64,000 nt of DNA, from positions 704,001 through 768,000 of the forward strand of contig CAVTHO010000007.1 in the NCBI GenBank assembly GCA_963734545.1, in the 5' to 3' direction. Source of the DNA: an uncultured Spirochaetota bacterium. GTDB lineage: Bacteria; Spirochaetota; Spirochaetia; SZUA-6; Fen-1364. Under the pieces are notes generated by a model. The model saw only the letters and a list, made by a program, of their open reading frames with translations, was not told where the DNA came from and made no database searches. The translations under genes and the position numbers were made by a program. Below are positions 38,978 to 50,228 of the stretch, one piece after another; position 1 is the stretch's first letter; every line of letters starts with the position of its first letter.

Positions 38978-40213
38978 ATGAGATTACTAAGGGTATTCAC
39001 GATATCTCTCATCCTCATCGTGAACTCTATCACCATCCAGGCGATCGGCAATGACCTCTATTCCTGGTGGTCGGACACGTTCAACCTCTTCAAGGACCCC
39101 AACACGGGGTTGACCTCGTTCCCCACCCTGCTGATCCCCATGGGAGGCCTTTCCGAGGGCATGGGCACCGCCTCCAGCGCCGTGGCCAGGGACTCCGGCT
39201 ATATCGACTCGAACCCGGCGGCAAGCTCCCTCCTGCGGGTCTCCGAGCTCGCCTTCTATCACCACAATTGGATAGCGGATTCGAATCTGGAGGGCGTCGT
39301 CTACACGGTCCGGTTCAATGACCTCGGCATAGGGGTGGGCGGCAAATTCCTCTATGTCCCCTTCACCGCGTACAACGAGTGGGGGGTGGCGGGCGCCAAG
39401 GACTACATCACCGAGACGGTCGGCACCCTGAATGTCTCGTACAACTTTCTTTCCAATTTCTATTTCTACGGCCTTGCCGTGGGGGGAAATCTCAAGGTTG
39501 CCTACCGGAACATACCGCCCGTTTTCGCCGCCAACCAGTCCGCCCTCGCGGTCATGGCAGATCTGGGACTGCAGACGAGCTTCAACTTCCTCAAGTTCTA
39601 CTCTTCCCAGTCCAAGAACTTCTCCACCGGGCTCGTCGTCAAGAACCTCGGTATTTCCACGCTCGCCGACGAGGTGCTGCCCCAGGTGGCCACCGCTGGC
39701 TTTGCCTGGTCCCCCTTCCGGCCGTGGATGATCGCCGTGGACTTCAACCTGCCGTTCACTTTTGCGTTCCAGGGTATTCCCGCGGAAACCTGGAACCTGG
39801 CGGTCGGGACAACTGTTGCAATGACGGATTTTCTATCGGTACAGGCGGGAGTGCTGTGGAAGGCTGACAATCCGCGGATCAGCATCGGCACGGCCCTCGC
39901 GCTGGGCATGCTCGACCTTACGGTGAACTACAACCTCGATCTGAGCGGCCAGCTGAATCCCCTGGACAAGTTCAGCGTGCAGGCCAAGTTCAACCTGGGA
40001 GACTCGGGACGCGCGGTGCGCGCGGAAGAGGCGGCAAAGCTGTATCTTCAGGGCGTCGAAGAGTTCGCCAATGGGAACTACGAGGCCGCCATCACGCTCT
40101 GGGAACAGGTTCTCAAGCTCGATCCCAAGTACCTGCCGGCCGCCGACAACATCCGCACCGTGAAGCAGACCCTCCGGCTGCAGGAACAGATGCAGAATCA
40201 GAGCACCAGGTAG
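38978..40213 (+). CDS. UPF0164 family (treponemal FadL-like) outer membrane protein with a C-terminal TPR
   Basis: DPNTGLTSFPTLLIPMGG..EGMGTA, NPAASS, HHNWIADS; C-terminal YLQGVEEFANGNY..LDP. Confidence 0.82.
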   Translation: MRLLRVFTISLILIVNSITIQAIGNDLYSWWSDTFNLFKDPNTGLTSFPTLLIPMGGLSEGMGTASSAVARDSGYIDSNPAASSLLRVSELAFYHHNWIADSNLEGVVYTVRFNDLGIGVGGKFLYVPFTAYNEWGVAGAKDYITETVGTLNVSYNFLSNFYFYGLAVGGNLKVAYRNIPPVFAANQSALAVMADLGLQTSFNFLKFYSSQSKNFSTGLVVKNLGISTLADEVLPQVATAGFAWSPFRPWMIAVDFNLPFTFAFQGIPAETWNLAVGTTVAMTDFLSVQAGVLWKADNPRISIGTALALGMLDLTVNYNLDLSGQLNPLDKFSVQAKFNLGDSGRAVRAEEAAKLYLQGVEEFANGNYEAAITLWEQVLKLDPKYLPAADNIRTVKQTLRLQEQMQNQSTR

Positions 40214-40223
40214 AGCCCGCGCA

Positions 40224-41378
40224 GTGCACGACACGGAATCACTGGAGGCGATCGAGCATCCTATTCCCGAGCAGACGCTGCGCAGGATCCCCCTCTATCA
40301 CCAGATCCTCGCGGAAATGCAGGTCCGGGGCGAGTCGTACGTGTCCTCCCGGCACCTGGCCCAGTTCTTCCGAATCGACGACACGCAGGTGCGCAAGGAT
40401 GTCTCGCTCATCGGCTACAAGGGCAAGCCGAAGGCCGGCTATTCGATCCTGGGCCTGAAAAAGGCGATCGAGGAATTTCTCGGCATCAACTACGAGAATA
40501 CCGCCATCCTGATCGGGGCGGGCCGGCTGGGCTCGGCACTCAGTCAGTACCCGGGGCTCGCGCAGTACGGTCTGCGGCTGGTCGCGATCTTCGACAGCGA
40601 CCCGGCCCGGACAGGCAGCGTGCTCGGCGCGTTCACGATACTGCCCATGGAGTCCTTGCAGCGCGTCGTGCGCAGCTTCGATGTGGGGATCGCCATCCTC
40701 TGCGTGCCCAAGGACGCGGCGCAATCCGTGGCAGGCCGCATTGTGTCTCTCGGCATCAAGGCAATCTGGAATTTCTCCCCCACTCAGCTCACCGTGCCGT
40801 CCGACGTCATCGTCCGGAATGAGAACATCGCCATGGGTCTTGCCATCCTGTCGCATTATCTGAAGCGGCGCAAGAAGGAAGGCCTGCCCGCCGCCGGCGT
40901 GGAATCCCGGGAAAACCCTCCCCAGAAGCTGATCGAGATATTCTCGCGCTACCAGCCCAAGCGGGAGCTGCTCGTCCAGATCCTCGAGGACGCGCAGAAG
41001 GCGTTCGGCTATCTCTCCTACGAGGTCATTGGCCACATCGCCGATTTCCTGAACGTCGCAAGGGAAAAGGTGATCGAAGCCGCCGCGTTCTACCCGGTGT
41101 TCCGGACCGAGCCCCTTGCGCGCTTCCGTATTGCCGTCTGCAGGGGGGAGACCTGTTCCCGAAAAGGCTCCGGGGATCTCATGCAATGCCTCGCGCGTGA
41201 GCTCGGTATCGGGGACGGGGAGACGAGCGCGGACGGTCTGTTCTTCATCGAGACCGTGCCGTGCAGGGGCCTGTGCGCCGAGGCCCCCGTGATCAGCATC
41301 AACGACGAGGTCCTGCACATCTCATCTCCCGAAGACCTCGTGCGCAAGATTCGGGCGCTGCGCCCCCCGGGGAATTGA
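40224..41378 (+). CDS. rex: Redox-sensing repressor Rex fused to a NuoE-like [2Fe-2S] domain
   Basis: Rex: RRIPLY, SSRHLA, QVRKD, GAGRLG, IWNFSP. C-terminal: QKAFGYL, AFYPVF, CRGETC...CRGLC..APVI.IN. Confidence 0.88.
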   Translation: MHDTESLEAIEHPIPEQTLRRIPLYHQILAEMQVRGESYVSSRHLAQFFRIDDTQVRKDVSLIGYKGKPKAGYSILGLKKAIEEFLGINYENTAILIGAGRLGSALSQYPGLAQYGLRLVAIFDSDPARTGSVLGAFTILPMESLQRVVRSFDVGIAILCVPKDAAQSVAGRIVSLGIKAIWNFSPTQLTVPSDVIVRNENIAMGLAILSHYLKRRKKEGLPAAGVESRENPPQKLIEIFSRYQPKRELLVQILEDAQKAFGYLSYEVIGHIADFLNVAREKVIEAAAFYPVFRTEPLARFRIAVCRGETCSRKGSGDLMQCLARELGIGDGETSADGLFFIETVPCRGLCAEAPVISINDEVLHISSPEDLVRKIRALRPPGN

Positions 41379-41412
41379 CAGCAGGGGCCTAGTCCGATTC
41401 ACTGGCACCGCC

Positions 41413-42272
41413 ATGTCAGATAGCGCGACTGCCTCCTTTGCCAGACTTTTCGACATCATCCGCCGCCTGCGATCCCCCGAGGGCTGCCCATGGGACAAGG
41501 CACAGACGCCGCAGTCGCTTCGCGCGAGCCTCGTGGAGGAAGTCTGGGAATGCGTCAGCGCGATCGACGCGCACGACGACCAGAATCTGCGGGAGGAGCT
41601 CGGCGATCTCTACCTGCTCGTGACCATGGTGGCGTGGATGAAGGAGCAGGAAGGCGCTTTCACCGTGGAATCCGCGCTGGCGGGGATCGGAGAAAAACTT
41701 GTGCGCCGTCACCCGCACGTGTTCGGCTCGGCAAAGACCGAATCTGCGGACCAGGCCCTTCGACAGTGGGATGCAATCAAGGCCGAAGAAAAGAGGGCAG
41801 CCGGAATATCTGGGTCCGCCCTCGATGCGGTTCCGGAATCGCTTCCTCCCCTCGAGAAAGCGGCGGAGCTTCAGAAAAAGGCCGCACGGGTCGGTTTGAC
41901 TGGCCGGGACCGGGGCCCGTGTGGGACAAGATCGACGAGGAGCTGGGGGAGCTGCGGGAAGCAGTCGGGACCGGGGATGCGAGGAGGATCGAGGACGAGA
42001 CAGGCGACCTCCTCTTCTCGGTAGTCAATCTGGCGCGGCTCCTGAGGGCATCTCCCAGCCTGGCCCTGCACGGCACGAATGCGAAGTTCGAGGCGCGCTT
42101 CCGGGAGGTGGAGAGGCGTCTCACGGAGCAGGGGGTCCGGCTGGCAGATGCGGGACTTGCCCGAATGGACGAGCTCTGGAATCAGATCAAAGCGGAGGAA
42201 TCGCGCAAGTTCGCGCGAGCGGAGGAATCGCGCAAGTCGCGCGAGCGGAGGAATCGCCGCGACCCGGGATGA
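41413..42272 (+). CDS. mazG: Nucleoside triphosphate pyrophosphohydrolase MazG; one apparent frameshift (~41895); 3' end uncertain
   Basis: LRSPEGCPWD, EELGD, KLVRRHPHVFG, then FDW, EDETGDLLFSVVNLAR, KFEARF. Confidence 0.92.
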
Positions 42273-44573
42273 GGAAAGCGCGTCAAAGTAGGACACAGGC
42301 TCCCCCTGCGGGCCGGTGGCCCATGTGGCGACCCGCGTGGCGTTCGCCGTCTGCCAGGTTCCCTCTGCTTCCAGGGTTTTTCTTATGGAAAGCCCCGAAG
42401 CCGGGAGCCGCAGGTTGCGCATCTCCCCTGCCTCGCTTCTCACTTCGAAATCTGCCCCCCAGTACAGCGACATGAGCGAGCGCCTTCTGGAAACCCCGTC
42501 GCGAGGCACGACTGCCGCACTCTTCAACAACAGCCCGGCAGGCAGGCTGCGGTTCATCCGCTCGAGAAATCGCCCAGGCTCGCGCGGGCTTTCCTCCGTG
42601 TCATAGTCTTGAAGATCAATGCCTGCAATCTCTTCCCGGGACTCGAGCCCCAGGCTCAGGGGATTGGCGAATTCCAGCCGCGGCTTGGGATTGAATCCCT
42701 CCGTGAACCGCGCGGCATACCCGGCGCGCACGATGGCCCTCTCGAAAACGGTCATGAGGTCGAGGTGGGAGATGAAGGCGGAGGTCCCGGTTTTTGTGAA
42801 GCTGAACAAAAGCCGCTGCCACCCGGCGGCTGGCCGGGAGTTCCCGGCGGCAGGCAGCGGGACCGCTGCGGGGCTCGCGGGCTGACCTGAGCGGACATGA
42901 AGCCGGGGCACGGAGCGTGCGTCCCTGATCTCGCTCGTGGTCAGGCCAAGAGCAACCGCATCCCAGGGCAGCGGTTCCCCGACGTCACGCGGCCGGCACG
43001 CTTCCCCGACCACGTCCCAGCCGGCCCGCGCGATGGCCTGCCGCCACACGTCGGCCTTGAAGTGCTCTTCCCACGCGTCGAGCCGCGCGCCGTGCCGGTA
43101 GGCATCAAGGACGAGCCGCGCCGCCCTTTCGTCACCGCGCGCCACAATCCCCTCCAGAACGGAGAGGAAAGGCGCGTGATGGCCTATCTTGAATCCATTG
43201 CCGGCAAGACCTTTCCTGACAGCCATGATCCGCGTGGAAGCCTCCTCTTCTCCGAGCTGCGGGGCCCGCTGCCACGGCGTATGGGGCTTCGGGATGAAAG
43301 CGGCGATATTCACGTTCATGCTCATGCCCGTGGCAGCGCGAACGGCCGTCAGATACTCGATGATGGAAGCGGATTCATCCTCACCGAAAGACGGAGGGAG
43401 GCCCACCATGAAGTAGAACTTCGCCGCCTTCCAGCCTTGCGTCTTCGCCTCACGCATGGCGGAGATTATCTTCTCCAGGGTGGCGGTCTTCCTCACTTCC
43501 CGCTGCCATTCCGGTTTCGCCGTTTCCACGGCAAATGTGAGGCCGCTCTTCCTCACTTCCGAGATCTCTTTCAGGAGGGCAAGACTCAGGGAATCGATAC
43601 GCAGCGAAGGGAGCGAGAAAGACACCTGCAGCGGCGCGTATCGCGCGTTGAGGTCTCTCACGAGACCGTGAATCTCTCTGAAATCCCCCGAGGAGAGAGA
43701 GGAAAGAGTGACTTGGCGGTAGCCGGCGCGTTCGACCAGCGCCTGCACCTCTTCCTGTATCGCCTCGTGCAGCTTGAACCGGCATGGCCGGGCGTACACG
43801 GTGGCGTGGCAGAACCTGCAGGCATTGGGGCACCCGCGCATGATCTCGACGGTCCCGTGATCCTGCACGACCCGCATGCTGGGCACGGGGAACAGGGCCA
43901 CCGCCGTGGTTTCAGCGAAACCGCGCCAGAGCGCACGCCCCACTTTCCCGGTCTTTCCCGGGTGCCACACGGAAGCCTGCGACTGAAGGTATGCGAGCAT
44001 GTCCTGCCTGCCCGCCCCGTTTCGCTTCATCGCGGCCAGCTCGGAGAAGACCGGTTCCACCCAGCCTTCGGCCTCCCCGATAAAGACCGCGTCGACGAAC
44101 AGACCGAGCGGCACGGGATTGGTCGCCGCCGGGCCTCCGGCGATCACAATCGGTCCGGCACCCCGCCGGGCTCTCTCTATCTCGACGCCGCCCGATTCGA
44201 GAATCGCGCAGAGGTTCGTCAGAGTGAGCTCGTGACCGATGGAGAACCCGATGAGATCGAACTCCGAAAGCGGCCGTCCTGATTCCAGGGAGAAAAGCGG
44301 AAAACCGGCACCGCGCAGGGCGTCCTCGAGGTCAGGAGCAGGGGCGAAAATCCGCTCGCAGGAAACGTCCGGGATGCTGTTCAGGAGGGAATAGAGGATC
44401 CTGATCGCCGCATTGGACATCCCGATCTCGTACAGGTCGGGATAGGACAGGGCGACCGCGAGGGCCGCGTCGGGCTTCGCCGCCGACCCGAACTCCCCTC
44501 CGACGTATCGGCCGGGCTTCTCTACCTTGCGGAGCAGCGCGACGAGATCCCGACCGCTGACGTCGATGCGCAC
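42187..44573 (-). CDS. TIGR03960-type B12-binding radical SAM protein fused to a TIGR03936/DUF2344 domain; 3' end uncertain
   Basis: KPGRYVGGE, YPDLYEIGMSN, RGCPNACRFC, FIPKPHTP, FISHLD, FTEGFNPKPR. The TGA at 42187-42189 comes into frame if one base is restored in repeat unit 2. Confidence 0.85.
42192..42257 (+). repeat. Tandem repeat, 27-bp unit GCGGAGGAATCGCGCAAGTTCGCGCGA (one full, one 26-bp, one partial)
   Basis: Read directly; lies where mazG and the radical SAM gene converge. Confidence 0.9.
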
Positions 44574-44574
44574 G

Positions 44575-45885
44575 TCAGTACCGCAGTCTGCGGCGGCTGA
44601 TATTCATGAGGATGCCGATTCCGATGAACCCGGTCCAGAGGGCGGAGCCTCCATAGGAGAGGAACATGAGCGGAATTCCCGTGATCGGCATGATGCCCAT
44701 GGCCATGCCGGCATTTACCAGGGTGTGGAAGAACACCATTGCAAGGATGCCCGTTCCGCAGAGCATGGCGTAGTCCTCCCGCGACGCCCACACGATGCTG
44801 ATGCCCCGAAGAAGGATGATGAGGAAGAGGGCGAATACCAGCAGCGCGCCCAGGAAGCCCCATTCCTCGGCCAGAATGGAGAATATGAAATCCGTGCTCC
44901 GCTGGGGAAGAAACTGGTAATGGCTCTGCGTGCCGTGGAGGAACCCCTTGCCCAGCGGTCCGCCTGAGCCGATGGCCGTGACCGACTGGATGATATTCCA
45001 TCCCGCGCCCTGGGGATCCAGCTTCGGGTCAACGAATATCACGAGACGCATGATCTGGTAGTCCTTCAGTATCTGGCGCAGGGCAAGAGAAAGAACTCCG
45101 CCCAGAACAAAGAGCGCGCCGCCCCAGGCAATCCAGAAGAAGTACCGCTGGCGGAAGGATCTCCAGCCGAGAAAGGCGAGCCCCGCCACCACGGATCCGG
45201 CCAGCAGAAGGTATTTCAGGATATCCGGGTCGGAAATAATGCTGAAAAGCGAGGCACCGCTCGCTCCATACCTGGCGTTCAGCGTCGGGATTGCCGCGAG
45301 CATGAAAGCGAAGACTCCCGCGCAAAGGATGAAGACGAGGTGCCGCACCTGGGCGCCTCCGATGAATGCCATGAGAAGAAAGATCGGAACAAAGGCCAGG
45401 GCCTCCCCCATGTCAGGCTGCATCAGGATCAGGCCGATGGGCACCAGCACGATGCAGAGGCCCAGCAGGAACCGGGGAAGCTCTTTTATGCCGCTGCCGA
45501 TGCCGGTGAGGTATGTGGCCAGGAAAAGTATCGTGGCGATCTTCATGAACTCCGCCGGCTGGATGCCGATCTCGGAGAAGCCGAGCCAGGAGCGCGCGCC
45601 GTTGACTTCCCGGCCGATCGCAAGGGTGATGAGCAGGAGAAGAAGACCGCCGGCATAGATGTACAGGGAAAGCATGCGGAGGGTCGTGTAGCTGAAGAAC
45701 GCGAAGAATGTCATCAGCCCGACGCCGGTCACTCCCCAGATGATCTGCCTCAGGAACTCCCGCGACATCTGCACCCCGCTGGAGTTTATGCCGCTGGAAT
45801 AGATGAAAAGGATGCCGATCCCCATCAGCAGCAGCACGGCGCCGAACAGAACGAAATCGAATGAAGCAAGGCCGATCCTTCTCAA
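44575..45885 (-). CDS. rodA: Rod shape-determining protein RodA
   Basis: GARSW, QPAEFMK, QPDMG, AIGSGG, TDFIFSILAEEWG, PITGIPLMFLSYGGS. Confidence 0.95.
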   Translation of the reverse strand: MRRIGLASFDFVLFGAVLLLMGIGILFIYSSGINSSGVQMSREFLRQIIWGVTGVGLMTFFAFFSYTTLRMLSLYIYAGGLLLLLITLAIGREVNGARSWLGFSEIGIQPAEFMKIATILFLATYLTGIGSGIKELPRFLLGLCIVLVPIGLILMQPDMGEALAFVPIFLLMAFIGGAQVRHLVFILCAGVFAFMLAAIPTLNARYGASGASLFSIISDPDILKYLLLAGSVVAGLAFLGWRSFRQRYFFWIAWGGALFVLGGVLSLALRQILKDYQIMRLVIFVDPKLDPQGAGWNIIQSVTAIGSGGPLGKGFLHGTQSHYQFLPQRSTDFIFSILAEEWGFLGALLVFALFLIILLRGISIVWASREDYAMLCGTGILAMVFFHTLVNAGMAMGIMPITGIPLMFLSYGGSALWTGFIGIGILMNISRRRLRY

Positions 45886-47741
45886 TCGATCCTCCCCACC
45901 ACGGGAGCATACCAGGGCTTCAGCGTGGCAATCGCCTCCTCGTACGTTTGATGGGCGAATATTCCCTGGAAGATCAGGTTCGAGGCTTTGGGGGCCCACC
46001 ACTCCCAGTTGTCCGAGGCTTCCACCATGGCCACGACGACCACCCTGTCCTCCGGGTGCTCGGTCTCGTACGGCCCGTACGCGGCGAACCACGAGTGCCA
46101 GGATTTGGTCTCCACTCCGGCCACGATCTGCGCCGTGCCGGTCTTGCCCGCGATCTGCACCGCTTTCGTAGTGATGACGGGCCCCGCCGTGCCGTCGGTG
46201 ATGACGCCGCGCATTGCCTGCTGGACCATCTTGAACTTGTCCGCGCCTATCGGCGACTTGTGGAGCACCTCCGGCGCGATCACGGTGACCGGCTGGTTGG
46301 TCTCGGGATCGATTGTTTCTTTCAGGATATGCGGCTTGTAGACGACGCCCTCGTTGACGACCATCGCGATCATGTCCGCCATCTGGAGCGGAGACATCGT
46401 CACGAAACCCTGCCCGATGGAGAGATTGAGCGTGTCCCCGCCCAGCCACCCCATGTGTTTCACTTTTTCCTTCCACTCGGGAGTGGGAAGGAGGCCGTTG
46501 ATCTCCCCCGGCAGGTCGATTCCCGTGAGCGAGCCGACACCGAAGTCACGCGCGTAGGAAAGGATCTTGTCGGGCCCGAGCCGGTTGCCCATTGTCCAGA
46601 AATAGACGTCGCAGGACTGCGCCAGGCCCCCCATGAGGTCCTGGTAGCCGTGACCAGTCCGCAGCCAGCGTTGAACACCCTGTCGCCAAACTCGAGCTTC
46701 CCCGTGCACAGCACCGCCTGGTTGACGGGGATGGTCCCGTCATCCACGATGCCGGTCGTCATGATCACCTTGAACGTCGAGCCGGGAGGATAGGCTGATT
46801 GTATTGCCCGATCCAGAAACGGAGACGAGGGATCCAGGGTGAGCCGGGTGAAGTAGTCGGATGCATCGGCGGCAAAGAACCTGTTCGGATCGAATGAAGG
46901 GGAGCTGACGAGGGCAAGCACATCCCCCGTTGCGGGACGGAGCACCACGACGGAGCCGTTGCGGTTCCCGAGGGCCTGCTCGGCGAGTCTCTGGATCTTG
47001 CGGTCGATCGTCAGAACCACGTTGAGCCCGGGCTTCGGCGGTACCACCGTTTCGTCCGCTCCGGAGATCCCCTTCTCCTTCACGTCAACCACCCGGAAGC
47101 GCTTGCCGTCGATGCCGCGAAGGATGTCGTCGTACTGCTTTTCGACGCCGGACTTTCCCAGGGTGGTGTCTGCCGCATATCCCTTGTTGTAGAGCACCTG
47201 CAGCTCTTCGCGCGTGATATCGCCCACGTAGCCGATCACGTGCGCAAGAGTGTCTGATTCGACATAACTGCGAATAGGCTTGTTGTGCCAGTTCACGCCC
47301 TTGAAATCTTCCTTGCGCTCGGCGATGGCAGAGATGGTCTGCAGCGTGACGCCGGCCTTCACCTGAATGGGCTGGAACTGGCGGTAGGTCTTCGGCGGCA
47401 CTCGTTTTTCGATCTCCCCGACGGGGATGGACAGCGCTTTGGCAAGGCGCGCGAAGAGACCGGGCAGCTCCGCCGCCGCGAGCTCTCCCGGGCACGATGT
47501 CCACGGCAAACGAGTCCACGTTGAATACGAGCGGATCATCCGCATGCGTGTCGAAGATCTCCCCCCGCTGCGCCGGGATCGGCGTCTCACGCTCGGAGAC
47601 ATCCTTGGCGCGCTGCGTGAACTCTCCGCCCTTGATGATCTGGAGCCAGAAAAGATAAAGCACGAGCACGGCGATGGAGCCTGAAAAAAGCGCGGTCAGA
47701 AAGACGAAGCGCCGTCTCTGCTGGCGTTCCCCTGATTGCAT
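45882..47741 (-). CDS. mrdA: Penicillin-binding protein 2; two apparent frameshifts (~47490, ~46670)
   Basis: RGEIFD, GKSGVEKQYD, PGSTFK (SxxK), SCD, GKTGTAQ. Confidence 0.93.
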
Positions 47742-48256
47742 TACGCACCCTCTTTATCAGCCTGCTTGAACATTTTGAACAGGTTGAGAAGAGCGAAAAG
47801 GAATGGCGCAATGACCCCGTTGTACCCGACTTCAATCCACAGCCGTCCCGTAAAAGTGATGAATCCCGAGGCGGCGAGCCCGAATATCGCCGACACGATG
47901 CCGGCGAGGATTCCCTTCAGGATCGTCGCCACCACGGTGAGGATGATCGGCATCAGAAAAGGGTCGATGAAGACGTTGCCGGAGAGCAGGCCATACACGT
48001 ACCCGATCACCGTGCGGAGAAGCGAATGGAAGCCCAGGGGAGAGACATTCATGAGATCTTCCAGAAAACCCGTGGCGAATCCCGAAACCTGGCCGACCAT
48101 GGGCCCCCGGCGCATGGACACGAAAATCAGCACGATGAGCGCAAGATCGGGCCGCACGCCCCGGATGGCGACCTTCCCCAGGATCGTCGATTGCAGCAGG
48201 ATGCAGACTGCCATGGTGAGGACGGTAAAGAAAATCGTGCGAAAATCCCTGTTCAT
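47741..48256 (-). CDS. mreD: Rod shape-determining protein MreD
   Basis: LQST, RPDLALI, GFATGFLED; lies between mreC and mrdA. Confidence 0.9.
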   Translation of the reverse strand: MNRDFRTIFFTVLTMAVCILLQSTILGKVAIRGVRPDLALIVLIFVSMRRGPMVGQVSGFATGFLEDLMNVSPLGFHSLLRTVIGYVYGLLSGNVFIDPFLMPIILTVVATILKGILAGIVSAIFGLAASGFITFTGRLWIEVGYNGVIAPFLFALLNLFKMFKQADKEGA

Positions 48257-49158
48257 GGGCCCCCCGATGCAGCGGGGGATGCCTGCTGCCCGCCCGCCGG
48301 TGCCGTGCCTTCCGGCTCGGGTCCGATCAGAAACAGGTATTCCAGCCTGTCGAAGTCGACAATGGGCTGCACCTGCAGCACCAGGGACGTCTGGTAGGTC
48401 GGCGCCGTGATATCCCGGATGCGGCCGATGTTGATGCCCTTCGGATACAGACCTCCGAGACCGGATGTGACGACAAGGTCGCCGTAGGTGATCTTGTTCT
48501 TGGCGATCTTCTTCACGTAGTTCATGACAAGGGTCCCCCGGTCCTTGCCCTCGCCCTGCACGAGCCCCTCGTCCCGGGTGCTGTCCACCCGCGCGGAGAC
48601 CATGCATTGAGGATCATACAGGGGCAGAATCTGGGAAGAGCCGGGCCCTACGAGCACCACCTTGCCGACAAGGCCCTCGAGGTCTCCCTGCCAGGCCACG
48701 ACAGGCATGCCCTTCTTCACTCCATGCCGCGATCCCTTGTTGATGGTGAGCGTCGAGAACAGGTTATCGGTGTCCCGGGCGATGACTTCAGCGGCAATGC
48801 GCTCCGGCGGAAGGATGTGCGCAAAATCGAGCTGGTCCTTCAGTGATTCGTTCTGTCGGCGCAGCTCGAGGATCTCGCGGGTGACCTGGTCCATCTCCTG
48901 CAGTCGCGCGCGCGCCGCATCGAGCTCTTCACGCGCCTCGCGGAGCTGCCTGATGGAGCCTGCCGTGTCGCCGAACCAGTTGAAGAAACCGGTGAAGCCT
49001 TTCTGGAAGAATCCCACCACGGAAAGTCCGATCTCCTTGGGCTTGATCACGACCGCACGGTTGGCGACCGTGAGGCACAGCAGGGAGATCAGGACGAGCA
49101 CAGTAAGGGTTGCCCCCTTCCTGTGCCGCGCGAAGAACCCTTCAAAGAGCCCGGGCAT
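48253..49158 (-). CDS. mreC: Rod shape-determining protein MreC
   Basis: TM helix, coiled coil, [30 protein letters not shown]. Confidence 0.94.
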   Translation of the reverse strand: MPGLFEGFFARHRKGATLTVLVLISLLCLTVANRAVVIKPKEIGLSVVGFFQKGFTGFFNWFGDTAGSIRQLREAREELDAARARLQEMDQVTREILELRRQNESLKDQLDFAHILPPERIAAEVIARDTDNLFSTLTINKGSRHGVKKGMPVVAWQGDLEGLVGKVVLVGPGSSQILPLYDPQCMVSARVDSTRDEGLVQGEGKDRGTLVMNYVKKIAKNKITYGDLVVTSGLGGLYPKGINIGRIRDITAPTYQTSLVLQVQPIVDFDRLEYLFLIGPEPEGTAPAGGQQASPAASGGP

Positions 49159-49162
49159 GGGA

Positions 49163-50201
49163 TCAGGTCTTCACGTTGAAATACTTGGAGTTCTTTTCCC
49201 TCACGAGGCTTTCCAGGAACTTGCCCGGCGCCCAGCGCCACGCACAAAAGCGGATTCTCGGCAAGGATGACGGGGACACCCGTTTCCTTGGAAATGAGCT
49301 TGGGGAACCCCTTGAGCAGCGAACCGCCCCCGGTCATCACGATGCCGCGCTCGACTATGTCCGCCGCAAGCTCGGGGGGCGTCTGGCCGAGTGTCTTCTT
49401 GATCTCTTCGATGACGGTATTGATCGGCTCCTGCAGGGCTTCCCGCACTTCCACGGAATCCATTTCCAGCTTTCGGGGCAGGCCGGTGATGGCGTCGGTG
49501 CCCTTGATTTCGATCTTTTCTATTTTCTTGTCCGGGGAGGCGTTTCCAATGGTGATCTTCACGTTCTCCGCGCTGGACTCCCCGATGATGAGGTTGTGGA
49601 CGTTGCGCACATGCTTGATGATCGCTTCATCGAACTCGTCTCCACCGACGCGGATGGCGTTGGTGACCACCATGCCGCCCAGGGAGATCACCGAGATCTC
49701 CGTGGTCCCGCCGCCGATGTCGCAGATCATGTGCCCCGCAGGCTCGAGAATGGGGATATTCGCCCCGATGGCGGCAGCCATGGACTCCTGGATGAGGTAG
49801 ACATCCCGCGCACCCGCCTGCTCGGCGGAATCTCGGACCGCCCTCTTTTCGACCTCGGTGATGCAGGTGGGCACCCCGATGACCATCCGCGGTTTCACGA
49901 ACCAGCGCCGGGCGATCACCTTCTCGATGAAATAGCGGATCATCTTTTCGGTGGCTTCGAAGTCGGCGATCACGCCGTCACGAATGGGCCGGAGCGCCAC
50001 GATGTCCCCCGGTGTCTTCCAGAGCATCTTCTTGGCTTCCGTGCCGACCGCGAGCACCTTCTTGGTGCCCCTTTCCATCGCGACCACTGAAGGCTCACAG
50101 AGCACGATACCTTTGCCGCGCGCATGCACGAGGGTGCTGCACGTGCCCAGGTCTATTCCGAGGTCCGTCGAAAAAGCTTCAAACATCCTGTCCCAGGCCA
50201 T
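49163..50201 (-). CDS. mreB: Actin-like MreB; apparent frameshift near the 3' end (~49225)
   Basis: [42 protein letters not shown]; corrected end [22 protein letters not shown]. Confidence 0.96.
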
Positions 50202-50228
50202 TCGGGATCCCTTCCTTTCGCTCCGTTA

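Noticed and set aside
38930-39030. AT-rich patch as foreign DNA
   Set aside because: Short and explained by a divergent promoter region plus a signal-peptide coding sequence.
45886-46476. Long N-terminal extension of RodA (633-aa ORF)
   Set aside because: It overlaps mrdA in another frame; a TTG start at 45885 with an RBS fits better.
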